A DNA stretch of 64,000 nucleotides, taken from Planctomycetota bacterium (GTDB lineage: Bacteria > Planctomycetota > Planctomycetia > Pirellulales > UBA1268). The position numbers were made by a program, and so were the translations under genes. The stretch's first letter is position 1. Each line of letters starts with the position of its first letter. Below, one piece after another: positions 47,331 to 56,277 of this stretch. The stretch lies in assembly GCA_016872555.1 (NCBI GenBank), contig VGZO01000004.1, forward strand, positions 76,725-140,724. The letters run 5' to 3'. A model generated the notes under the pieces. It was given only the letters and a program-made list of their open reading frames with translations. It was not told the DNA's origin and did no database searches.

Positions 47331-47502
47331 TTTCACGTGGACAAAGCCCTCCGTGGCCTTTGTCCACTGTTTGCCGGCCGCATCCTGCGGCCGGTTGGCG
47401 AATCGTTGCGTGTTGCCGATTCCGGGACAAAGCCCTCCGTTTTCACGTGGACAAAGCCCTCCGTGGCCTTTGTCCACTGGCTGCCGGCCGCATCCTCTGC
47501 CG
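47331..47502. repeat. Duplicated ~62-nt hairpin-containing intergenic element (period 110 nt) plus a partial third copy
   Basis: TTTCACGTGGACAAAGCCCTCCGTGGCCTTTGTCCACTG is identical at 47331-47369 and 47441-47479. Each copy continues into ..TGCCGGCCGCATCCT... The fragment GACAAAGCCCTCCGT occurs again at 47426-47440. Inner hairpin: GTGGACAAAG/CTTTGTCCAC. Confidence 0.85.
47374..47394 (+). terminator. GC-rich hairpin within repeat copy A (weak terminator candidate)
   Basis: CCGGCCGCA-tcc-TGCGGCCGG, perfect 9-bp stem, followed by TTGG. The corresponding sequence in copy B is degenerate. Confidence 0.3.
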
Positions 47503-47508
47503 CCGCGC

Positions 47509-48615
47509 TCAGTCGTGCTTCCCGAGCCAGCGTTCCCGGATCCGGGTGATCTCCCCTTCCTCGCGCATCTGGAGCAGCGCCTTGTTGAGCGGCTCGCGGA
47601 GTAGGCTCCCCGTCGGCAGCACGATCCCGAAGTCGAAGACGTCGAACAACGGCCCGACGACGCGCAACCGCGGCCGGCCGAGCTCGGCGACCAGTGCCGA
47701 GACGACTTCGTTGGCCGAGACGACCGCCTTGATCTCACCGGCGTCGAGCGCCGCCAGTGCCTCGCGAAGCGTCGGATACTCGCGTGGAAACCCACCGCGC
47801 TGCTTGACCACGCCGATCGTCACCGCCCCCTCCTGGACTCCGACCGAACGCCCGGCGAGGTCGCGCGGGCCGTGGATGATGCCGGCGACCTGATCGGCGG
47901 TCATCGTCGCGGTGAGCACGCTGGTGAAGGCGGCGACGAGGCCGATGCCGCCGATCATCCAGGCCAGCGCGATCGCCCGCCCGAGGATGCCGTCGACGTG
48001 CTTGTCGTCGCAGCCCCCGGTGACGACCGCCGACACGATCCACCACAGCGCCTCGCCGACGCCACGCCGGTAGTCCCGCGGAAACGAGTCGGGGTTGTCG
48101 CCGCGCTCGACCCACCACAGCAGGTGGCCGGAAAGCAGCGCCAGCGCCGCCACCGCGCCGAGCACGGACAGCAGCCGCCAGCTGGCCAGCGACCGCGCCG
48201 CGTCGAGCAGTCCGGTGCCCCGCTGTTCTCGGACGACGATCCGCATCCCGGAGTGGAACACCGGATGGGTGAAGTCGAGCGTCCGCTCGCGCTCCTCGGT
48301 GATCGCCACCGGCCCGAGACCGACGTCGATCCGCCCGGCGCCGACGTCGTCGATCAACGACACGATCGACGGCACGCGCACGAACGTCGTCGTGATCCCG
48401 ATCCGCCGGGCGAGCCCCTCCCAGATCTCCGGCATCGGGCCGACGAGCGTGTCGCCGCGGTAGTCGACGACTGTCGCGATCGGCGTCGCGCCGACGGTCA
48501 CGGAACTGGCCGGAGTCTCGGCGGCGCGGGGTCCATCCGGCCACCCGGCGGCGAGCGCCACCACCGCGACGATCCACCCACCCCATGCCCGTGCGGTCGT
48601 TCCCGTCCGATCCAT
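47509..48615 (-). CDS. GluR0-architecture ligand-gated ion channel (periplasmic-binding-protein lobes interrupted by M1-pore-M2)
   Basis: GGGAGG RBS. N-terminal SBP-type-3 lobe (IDVGLGPVAITEERERTLDFTHPV). TM M1 (LLSVLGAVAALALLSGHLLWWV). Pore loop GEALWWIVSAVVTGGCDD. M2 (AIALAWMIGGIGLVAAFTSVLTATM). Second SBP lobe (VGVQEGA...FDFGIVLP). Confidence 0.8.
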   Translation of the reverse strand: MDRTGTTARAWGGWIVAVVALAAGWPDGPRAAETPASSVTVGATPIATVVDYRGDTLVGPMPEIWEGLARRIGITTTFVRVPSIVSLIDDVGAGRIDVGLGPVAITEERERTLDFTHPVFHSGMRIVVREQRGTGLLDAARSLASWRLLSVLGAVAALALLSGHLLWWVERGDNPDSFPRDYRRGVGEALWWIVSAVVTGGCDDKHVDGILGRAIALAWMIGGIGLVAAFTSVLTATMTADQVAGIIHGPRDLAGRSVGVQEGAVTIGVVKQRGGFPREYPTLREALAALDAGEIKAVVSANEVVSALVAELGRPRLRVVGPLFDVFDFGIVLPTGSLLREPLNKALLQMREEGEITRIRERWLGKHD

Positions 48616-48715
48616 CGTCACCTCCCGGTCACCGCGGCGTCGCCCGAGCGCCTCGTGCGGGCGGAGCGTACCGATCGCCGTCGGGGCGACGCTACACTTC
48701 TCCACGGAGGGGTCC

Positions 48716-51268
48716 ATGCAGCCGTCGATCACTCGCCAGCGGGAGAACCCGCGTTTCCGATTGGTCGGGGCCTGGCGCCCGCGTTGGCTGATGGCCGCCG
48801 CCGGGCTGATGGCTCGGCTCGCGGCCGCGGCCGAGCCGGCCGCCGATCCCGCCTTCTTCGCCGACCGCGTCCTGCCGATCCTGAAGGCACGCTGCTTCGA
48901 GTGCCACTCGCACGGCGCCTCGATCGAAGGGGGGCTGGCGCTCGATTCAGCCGGGGGCTGGCGGCAGGGGGGCGATTCCGGGCCGGCGATCGTCCCCGGC
49001 ACGCCCGACGAGAGCCTGCTGATCCGGGCGATCCGCCATCTCGATCCCGCGCTCACGATGCCCCCCACCGGGCGACTGCCAGACGCCGAGATCGCCACGC
49101 TCGTCGCCTGGATCGCGGCCGGCGCCCCCGACCCGCGCGCCGGCGATTCGCCGGCGCCGCGCGGCGCGATCGACATCGCCGGGGGCCGCGCCCACTGGGC
49201 CTTCCAGCCGGTCGCCGATCCCACGCCACCGCCGGTGGCCGACGGCGCTTGGCCGCTCGACGACGTCGACCGCTTCATCCTCGCGCGGCTCGAGGCGGCG
49301 GGGCTGCACCCGGCCGCCGACGCCGACGGCCATGCCTGGCTACGGCGCGTGTCGTTCGACCTCACCGGCCTGCCGCCGAGCCCCGCCGAGATCGCCGCCT
49401 TCGTCGCCGACACCTCCCCTCTGGCCCGCGCGCGGGTCGTCGACAGGCTGCTCGCCTCACGCGCGTTCGCCGAGCGCCAGGCGCGGCGCTGGCTCGACCT
49501 CACCGGCTACGCCGACCAGATGGGGACGAGCAACGACGTCTTCGCCGAGCATGCCTGGCGCTACCGCGACTGGGTGATCGGGGCGTTCGCTGCCGACCTT
49601 CCCTACGACTCGTTCGTCCGCGTTCAGATCGCCGGCGACCTCCTCCCCGCCGCCGGCCCCGAGGAACGCGCCGCCGGGATCACGGCCACCGGGTTCCTCG
49701 TCCTCGGCGACGTCGAGATCGTCGCCGTCGACAAGCACAAGCTCGAGCTCGACCTCGTCGACCAGCAGGTCACGAAGGTCGGGACAGCATTCCTCGGAAT
49801 GACCCTCGGCTGCGTGCGCTGCCACGACCACAAGTTCGATCCCGTCGGCCTCGAGGACTACTACGGCATCGCCGGCACGTTCGCCAGCTCGCGGTCGGTC
49901 CACAAGATTCCCGTCGGCGTCTGGAGCAAGGTCAACGAGGTCGAGCTCCCCGAGACCGACGGGCAGCGCGCCGAGCGGCTCCTCCGCGCCGAGGAGGAGG
50001 CCGAGCGGATCGCCGACCTCAAGCGCCAGCGCGAGCGTTTGGACGAGCAGCGCCGCGCACTCGACGGGCGGATCGAGAAGGCCGTCGAGCGCGAGGCCGC
50101 GCGAGGAGGCGAGCCCACCCCCGAGGAGGACAAGCCCTCGGTGCTGCTCAAGGGGGAGCGCGACCGGATCGCCGGGGAGATCGGCCGCCTCGACCGGAAG
50201 ATCACCCATGCCGAGTTCTTCGCGCCGCGCGTCCCGCGCGCGTTCGCCGTCAGCGACGCCCCCGCGCCGGCCGACATGGCGATCCGGATCCGCGGCAACC
50301 ACCGGGCTCCCGGCAGGGTCGTGCCGCGCGGCGTGCTCCGGGTGGCCTGCCAGGGGGAGCCGCCGACGATGCCCCCCGATGCCAGCGGCCGGCGCGAGCT
50401 GGCCGAGTGGATCGCCGACGCGCGCAACCCGCTCACCGCGCGGGTCGCGGTCAACCGGGTCTGGCAGCAGCTGTTCGGCGCCGGGATCGTCCGCAGCGTC
50501 GACAACTTCGGCACCCGCGGCGAGGCGCCGACCCACCCCGAGCTGCTCGACCGGCTGGCCACCGACTTCGTCCGCGACGGCTGGTCGGTGAAGCGCCTCA
50601 TCCGCCGCCTCGCGCTGTCGCGCAGCTACGCGATGGCAAGCGTCCCGGCGGTCACCGCCGACCCCTCCGACTGGCTCCTGGCGCGGATGCCGCGCCGGCG
50701 GCTCGACGCCGAGGCGATCCGCGACGCCGTGCTGGCGGTGTCGGGGCGGCTGGTCGAGTCGCGCGGCGGTCCGGCGCTGCCCCTCGAGATCGTCGAGAAT
50801 GCGGGGGGGCTGACCGACAAGGTCAACCCGCCGAGCTTCCGCTTCGCGCGCTTCCGCCGCGAGCAGGAGTTCGTCCGCACCCTCTACCTGCCGATCATCC
50901 GCTCGGCGCCGCAGCCCGGCCCGGCCCGGCTCCGCGAGGTCTTCGATTTCACACCGCCGGCGACGTTCGCCGGGACGCGCCCGCAGACGATCGTCCCGAC
51001 GCAGGCGCTGTTCCTCCTCAACGATCCGTTCATGAAGGCCCGGGCGGCCGACCTGGCACGGCTTGTGCTCGAGGCGCGGCCTGACCGCGATGCCCGGCTG
51101 GCCGCGCTGTGGATCCGCGTCCTCGGCCGACCGATCACGGCCGAGGAGGCGGCCGACGCCGGGGCCCTGCTCGACGCGGTGGCCGGCACGCCCGCCGACG
51201 AGCCGGCGGCCTGGGCCGAGCTGTGCCACGCGCTGCTGGCGAGCAACGAGTTTCTGATCACGCTTTGA
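48716..51268 (+). CDS. PSCyt1/PSCyt2(DUF1549)/PSD1(DUF1553) protein
   Basis: CFECHSHG, RRVSFDLTGLPPSP, GCVRCHDHKFDP. Central charged coiled-coil-like segment. Tail LLASNEFLITL. Confidence 0.9.
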   Translation: MQPSITRQRENPRFRLVGAWRPRWLMAAAGLMARLAAAAEPAADPAFFADRVLPILKARCFECHSHGASIEGGLALDSAGGWRQGGDSGPAIVPGTPDESLLIRAIRHLDPALTMPPTGRLPDAEIATLVAWIAAGAPDPRAGDSPAPRGAIDIAGGRAHWAFQPVADPTPPPVADGAWPLDDVDRFILARLEAAGLHPAADADGHAWLRRVSFDLTGLPPSPAEIAAFVADTSPLARARVVDRLLASRAFAERQARRWLDLTGYADQMGTSNDVFAEHAWRYRDWVIGAFAADLPYDSFVRVQIAGDLLPAAGPEERAAGITATGFLVLGDVEIVAVDKHKLELDLVDQQVTKVGTAFLGMTLGCVRCHDHKFDPVGLEDYYGIAGTFASSRSVHKIPVGVWSKVNEVELPETDGQRAERLLRAEEEAERIADLKRQRERLDEQRRALDGRIEKAVEREAARGGEPTPEEDKPSVLLKGERDRIAGEIGRLDRKITHAEFFAPRVPRAFAVSDAPAPADMAIRIRGNHRAPGRVVPRGVLRVACQGEPPTMPPDASGRRELAEWIADARNPLTARVAVNRVWQQLFGAGIVRSVDNFGTRGEAPTHPELLDRLATDFVRDGWSVKRLIRRLALSRSYAMASVPAVTADPSDWLLARMPRRRLDAEAIRDAVLAVSGRLVESRGGPALPLEIVENAGGLTDKVNPPSFRFARFRREQEFVRTLYLPIIRSAPQPGPARLREVFDFTPPATFAGTRPQTIVPTQALFLLNDPFMKARAADLARLVLEARPDRDARLAALWIRVLGRPITAEEAADAGALLDAVAGTPADEPAAWAELCHALLASNEFLITL

Positions 51269-51280
51269 GGGAGCAGTCCG

Positions 51281-52678
51281 ATGCCGCCGCTTTCCCCGTC
51301 GCCACGGCGCCACTTCCTGCGCACCACGAGCTGCGGCTTCGGCGCCCTGGCTCTCCACCAGCTCGCTGCCGCCGCGGCCGATCCGGCGGCGGCGCTGCTC
51401 CCGGGGGAACCGCGCGCCAAGCGCGTGATCTTCCTGTTCATGCAGGGGGGCCCGTCGCAGCCCGACCTGTTCGACCCCAAGGAGCTGATCCGCCGCCGCC
51501 ACGGCGAGCCGGTCGCCCCGCCGGTCGACACCACCGTCGAGACGATCGGCATCGACCGCTACCTGGCGCTGGCGCCGATCGCGCCGCTGGCGCCGCGCGG
51601 TCAATCGGGCATCGTGATCTCCGACCTCCTCCCCTGGACCGCGCGGATCGCCGACGACATCTGCCTGCTCCGCGGGATGGTCGCCGACAACAACCAGCAC
51701 GCCCCCGCCACGCTCCAGTTCCACACCGGCAGCACGACCGACGTCCGGCCGTCGATGGGCTCGTGGATCTCCTACGGCCTGGGCACCGAGAACGCCGATC
51801 TCCCCGGCTTCGTCACGATCCACCCCGACAACGACGTTCGCACCTACGGCGCCGGCTTCCTGCCGGCGCGGCACCAGGGGCTGCGGCTGGTCGTGCCGGC
51901 GGGCGCCGCGCCGCCGATCGACAACCTCGTCGATCCGGCCGCGCGCCCCGAGGTGCAGCGGGCGCGGATCGACATGGTCCAGCGGCAGAACCGGCGCTTG
52001 CTCGCCGCCGCCGGAGGCGACGACCTGATGGAGGGGATGATCGAGTCGATGGAGACCGCGTTCCGGATGCAGGCCACGGCGCCGGAATTCGTCGACCTCT
52101 CCGGCGAGTCGAAGGCGACCCTCGAGGCGTACGGCATCGGCGGCCGCGACACCGATCGCAACGGCCGCGCCTGCCTCCTCGCCCGGCGCCTCTCCGAGGC
52201 CGGCGTGCGCTTCGTCCAGGTGACGATGGGGGGCTGGGACCACCATGGCAACATCCGCGGCGCCCTGCCGGCGAGCTGCCGGGGGAGCGACCAGCCGGCG
52301 GCGGCGCTCGTCCTCGACCTCAAGGCGCGCGGCCTGCTCGACGACACGCTGGTCGTCTGGTCGGGGGAGTTCGGGCGGACGCCCTGGAGCCAGGATCTCT
52401 CCGGCACAGCGCCGATCGACCAGCACGGCCGCGAGCACCAGCCGGAAGGGTTCTGCACGTGGCTCGCCGGTGGCGGCGTGCGCGCGGGCTTGTGTTTCGG
52501 CGAGACCGACGACTTCGGCTGGAAGCCGGTCGCGGGGCGGGTCCACCTCCACGACCTCCACGCGACGATCCTCCACCAGCTCGGCATCGACCACACCCGC
52601 CTCACCTGGCGCCACGCGGGGCGTGACTTCCGGCTCACCGACGTCCACGGCCGGATCGTCCGCGAGATCCTCACCTGA
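51281..52678 (+). CDS. DUF1501 family protein, TAT signal
   Basis: RRHFLRTTSCGFG, QGGPSQPDLFDPKE, SGEFGRTP...GREHQPEGF. Lies 12 nt after the partner gene. Confidence 0.9.
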   Translation: MPPLSPSPRRHFLRTTSCGFGALALHQLAAAAADPAAALLPGEPRAKRVIFLFMQGGPSQPDLFDPKELIRRRHGEPVAPPVDTTVETIGIDRYLALAPIAPLAPRGQSGIVISDLLPWTARIADDICLLRGMVADNNQHAPATLQFHTGSTTDVRPSMGSWISYGLGTENADLPGFVTIHPDNDVRTYGAGFLPARHQGLRLVVPAGAAPPIDNLVDPAARPEVQRARIDMVQRQNRRLLAAAGGDDLMEGMIESMETAFRMQATAPEFVDLSGESKATLEAYGIGGRDTDRNGRACLLARRLSEAGVRFVQVTMGGWDHHGNIRGALPASCRGSDQPAAALVLDLKARGLLDDTLVVWSGEFGRTPWSQDLSGTAPIDQHGREHQPEGFCTWLAGGGVRAGLCFGETDDFGWKPVAGRVHLHDLHATILHQLGIDHTRLTWRHAGRDFRLTDVHGRIVREILT

Positions 52679-52782
52679 GCGGCCGGTCTTGCCCCCGCCG
52701 GGCGATCCACCTACGCTCCGCCGCCCGCGGCGCGGGCGCGGCCGCCACCCCGCGCCGCTGCAGGCGTTACGGGGTCTTCGCC

Positions 52783-53961
52783 ATGTCGGCCGTGCGCCTC
52801 CTCGCCATCCCCTGCCTGGCGAGCCTCGCCCTCTACGTCCTCGCCTGGTGCCTGGTCGTGCCGCGGCTCCTCGCCCGGCGCCGCGCCGCCGGCCCGCCGC
52901 CGGGCGACCTCCCCGGGCTCTCGATCCTCAAGCCGCTGTGCGGCCTCGACGAGGGGCTCGAGGCAAACCTCGCCAGCTTCCTCGACCTCGATCACGAGCC
53001 GCTGCAGATCGTGTTCGGCGTCGCCGATCCGTTCGATCCGGCGCTGGCGCTGGTGCGGAAGCTCGTCCGGGCCCGCCCCCCGCGCGACGTGGCGATCGTC
53101 GTCGGCAGGACCAGCGCTGCCGCCAGCCCGAAGGTGGCCCTCCTCGAGGCGCTGCTCCCCCACGCCCGCCACCCGATCGTCCTTCTCTCCGACAGCAACG
53201 TCCGCCTCGCCGGGCACGAGCCGGCGGCGATCCTCCCGCTGTTCGCCGAACCCGACGTGGGGATGGTCTACCAGCCGGTCGTGGCCCGCGGCGAACGGAC
53301 CGTCGCCGCGGCGATCGAGAACCTCCACTACACCGAGTACGCCGCGTTCCTCACGATCGCGATCAACGCCCTGGTCGGCCAGCACACCGTCAACGCCAAG
53401 GGGATGTGGCTCCGCCGCACGACGCTCGACGCCCTCGACGGCTTCGCCACCGTGCGCGACAGCGGCGCCGACGACTACGAGCTCGGCCGCCAGGTGCAGG
53501 CGGCGGGCTGGGGGCTGGTGCCGGCGGCGCTGCCGGTCACCGTCGTGCAGCGCGACTGGTCGTGGCGCAGCCTCTTGGCCCGCAATCTCCGCCACGCCGG
53601 CCTGCGGCTGCGGATCTGCCCGCTCGCCTACCCGTGCGAGCTGCTCGTCAACCCGGTCGCCTGGGCGCTGCCGCTACTGGCATTCCCGGGCTGGGCGCCG
53701 TTGGTCGTCGCGGTCGTGGTCCTCAAACTGGCGCTCGAGCTGTCGGCCGCGCGGCTGCTCCGCGGCACGCGGCTGCCACCGCGCTTCGTGCCGGTGGCGC
53801 TGCTCAAGGACCTGGTGATCTTCGCCTGCTGGTTCGTGGCGCCGTTCCAGCGCACCGCCTGCTGGCGCGACCGCACCTACCGCCTCCTCGCCGGCGGCCG
53901 GATCGAGCCGGTCCCGGGGGTCGCCGCGGCCCCGGCCGGCGCCCTCGAGACGGCGGCCTGA
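52783..53961 (+). CDS. Membrane glycosyltransferase, GT21 ceramide-glucosyltransferase / HpnI-like
   Basis: N-terminal TM helix. LPGLSILKPLCGLDEGLEANLASF...LQIVFGV...SPKVALLE...LLSDSNV...DDYELG. C-terminal TM helices. Confidence 0.7.
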   Translation: MSAVRLLAIPCLASLALYVLAWCLVVPRLLARRRAAGPPPGDLPGLSILKPLCGLDEGLEANLASFLDLDHEPLQIVFGVADPFDPALALVRKLVRARPPRDVAIVVGRTSAAASPKVALLEALLPHARHPIVLLSDSNVRLAGHEPAAILPLFAEPDVGMVYQPVVARGERTVAAAIENLHYTEYAAFLTIAINALVGQHTVNAKGMWLRRTTLDALDGFATVRDSGADDYELGRQVQAAGWGLVPAALPVTVVQRDWSWRSLLARNLRHAGLRLRICPLAYPCELLVNPVAWALPLLAFPGWAPLVVAVVVLKLALELSAARLLRGTRLPPRFVPVALLKDLVIFACWFVAPFQRTACWRDRTYRLLAGGRIEPVPGVAAAPAGALETAA

Positions 53962-54035
53962 CCGGCACCACCCCGCGCCCGGCCGCACCGGGCGTGCTAC
54001 AACTCCGTCGACCACTGCCCCCGGGAGTCGCCCCG

Positions 54036-55388
54036 ATGCGCCACGGTTGTGCCCCGCTCCTCTCCGGGCGCCTCGTCGCCCTGGCCACGCTCGTGGCCGT
54101 CGCCCCAGCGGCAGCTTGCCGCGCCGACGACTGGTCGCAGTTCCGCGGTGGCGCGGCCCTCGGCCATGCCGGCGGCGCCGCCCCGCCGGCGACGTTCACC
54201 CCCGAGCGCGTCGCGTGGCGGACGCCGATCCCCGGTGCCGGCTGGTCGCAGCCGGTGATCGCCGGCGGCCGGCTGTATGTGACCACCGCGGTGATCCCCA
54301 ACGGCCGCCGGCCGAAGGGCTCGGGTGGGGCGATGGACTTGAGCACGATGGGGCGACCGAGCATCCCGCGCGAGCCGGTCCAGTGGCGCGTGCTGTGCCT
54401 CGATCCGGCCCGGGGAACGATCCTCTGGGATCGCGTCGTCGTCGAGGCCAAGCCGAAGTACGGGACCCACATCTCCAACACCTACGCCACCGAGACCCCG
54501 TGCGCCACCGGCGACGGCGTGATCGCCTTCTTCGGCGCCACCGGCACGCTCGTGTCCCTCGGCGTCGACGGCACCGAGCGCTGGCGGCGCGAGTTCGGTC
54601 CGCAGCCGATCCAAAACCAGTTCGGCACCGGTTCGTCGCCGGTGCTCGTCGGCGACCGGCTCGTGCTCCAGCTCTACAACGACGATTCGGCGCGCCTGCT
54701 GTGTCTCGATGCCGCCAGCGGGACCGACCGCTGGGAGGCGCCGCGCGACAAGGGGACGTCGTGGGCCACTCCGGTCATCTGGGACAACAAGGGCACGGCC
54801 GAGGTCGTCGCCGCCGGCCAGGGGACGATCATCGGCTACGCGCTGGCCGACGGCACCGAGCGCTGGCGCTACGGCGGCCTCGACACCTCGTTCGCCTGCT
54901 CGGTCGTGGCCGACCGTGAGGCGGTCTACTTCGGCACCTCGAGCCCCGGCTCGAGCGCGCCGGCCGCCGCGATCGCCGCCGGCCACGCCGGCGACCTGTC
55001 GCTCGAGAAGGGGGCGAAGTCGTCGTCGGCGGTGTGGTGGAGCCGGACGAAGAGCGGCGCCGGCATGCCGTCGCCGGTCGTCGTCGGCGACCTGCTGTAC
55101 TTCTTCGGGAGCACCGCCGTGTGCTTCGACAAGCGGACGGGCGAAGAGAAGTTCCGCAAGCGGATGCCCGGCGGCACGCAGGCCGTCGGCTGCCCGGTCG
55201 TCGTCGGCGAGACGATCTACGTCGTCAACGAAGCGGGCAAGGTGCTGGCCTTCAAAGCCGGCCCGGACTACGAGCTCCTCGGCGAGTCGGCCGCCGGCAG
55301 CGACGACGAGGTGTGGTGGTCGACACCGGCCGTGGCCGATGGCGCGCTGTTCGTGCGCTCGAGCGACGCGGTGAGCTGCATCCGCTGA
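54036..55388 (+). CDS. PQQ-like beta-propeller repeat protein (BamB-like fold), secreted
   Basis: Signal peptide. DWSQFRGG start typical of PQQ-propeller proteins. Repeated ...G.L..LDA.TG...W motifs. Confidence 0.75.
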   Translation: MRHGCAPLLSGRLVALATLVAVAPAAACRADDWSQFRGGAALGHAGGAAPPATFTPERVAWRTPIPGAGWSQPVIAGGRLYVTTAVIPNGRRPKGSGGAMDLSTMGRPSIPREPVQWRVLCLDPARGTILWDRVVVEAKPKYGTHISNTYATETPCATGDGVIAFFGATGTLVSLGVDGTERWRREFGPQPIQNQFGTGSSPVLVGDRLVLQLYNDDSARLLCLDAASGTDRWEAPRDKGTSWATPVIWDNKGTAEVVAAGQGTIIGYALADGTERWRYGGLDTSFACSVVADREAVYFGTSSPGSSAPAAAIAAGHAGDLSLEKGAKSSSAVWWSRTKSGAGMPSPVVVGDLLYFFGSTAVCFDKRTGEEKFRKRMPGGTQAVGCPVVVGETIYVVNEAGKVLAFKAGPDYELLGESAAGSDDEVWWSTPAVADGALFVRSSDAVSCIR

Positions 55389-55400
55389 CGCCGCCGCCGC

Positions 55401-56168
55401 TCACACGGCCCCCCGCGCCGCCTCCTCGCCGCGCAGTGCCGCTGCCGTGCGCCGAAACGCGACGACTTGTGTCTTCCCGATGAGCCCCGCGAGGCGGTAC
55501 CGGGCCCGGGCCAGCTTCCCGCCGCCGGCGGCACGGTAGCGCCAGAGGTCGAGCGGCTCGAGTGCCTCCCTCCAACTGCGGCGCAGGAAGCGGACCACCG
55601 GGGCGACGTGGGGATGCGGGGCGTCGTCCATCACCAGGACGCCGCCGGAACCGAGCAGGCGGACGGCGTAGTAGCAGTCGACGAACACGTTTTCAAAGAG
55701 GTGCGAGCCGTCGACGTAGACGATGCCGAAGCGCCGACCGGCGGCGACGAGGCGCGGCAGCACCAGTGCCGACGGTTCCTCGATCACCTCGACATAGGGT
55801 GCGAGGCCGGCCCGCTCGACACTCAGCCGGCCGACGTCGTCGAACGCCGCGCGCTGGAACGGATCGATCGCCAGATGCTGCCCCGCAGGCCTCACGCCGC
55901 GGTCGGCGAGGCTGCCGGCCAGCGCCAGGGCCGACGCGCCCAGCGCCAGCCCGACCTCGAGCGTCGCCTCGGGGCGGAGGTCGTCGGCCAGCCCGCGGAG
56001 GATGGCCAGCGTGTTGACGCTCGAGAGCGTGGCCGGATCGGTGAACGGCCGCCCCGACCGGCCGGCGACGCGCCCGGCGGCGAGGTTCACGAACAGGTCT
56101 TCGATCTGCGGCCGGCAAAACGCCAGACGCCGCCACTCCTGCTCCACGTCGCCGTCTCCACAAACCAC
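55401..56168 (-). CDS. Class I SAM-dependent methyltransferase-like protein
   Basis: LEVGLALGASALALAG (motif I-like), IVYVDGSH, GVLVMDD. GTG start at 56168 is uncertain. Confidence 0.6.
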   Translation of the reverse strand: MVCGDGDVEQEWRRLAFCRPQIEDLFVNLAAGRVAGRSGRPFTDPATLSSVNTLAILRGLADDLRPEATLEVGLALGASALALAGSLADRGVRPAGQHLAIDPFQRAAFDDVGRLSVERAGLAPYVEVIEEPSALVLPRLVAAGRRFGIVYVDGSHLFENVFVDCYYAVRLLGSGGVLVMDDAPHPHVAPVVRFLRRSWREALEPLDLWRYRAAGGGKLARARYRLAGLIGKTQVVAFRRTAAALRGEEAARGAV

Positions 56169-56277
56169 GTCCGCCCCGCGCCCGGGGCACGGGGCGGGGG
56201 GCCGAGGCTATCATGGTGCAGCCGTGGCGGAGAAGCGACCGGCCCGCCGCCGCGCCCTCCTCTGCGCGAGGCCGACG

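Noticed and set aside
47331-47502. The duplicated 39-nt unit considered as a mini-CRISPR array or as small ORFs (47337-47549 and 47353-47604, translations MDKALRGLCPL... and ...GQSPPWPLST...).
   Set aside because: There are only two full copies with a non-unique spacer and no cas genes. The small ORFs are created by the repeat itself and have no RBS. It is reported as a repeat element instead.
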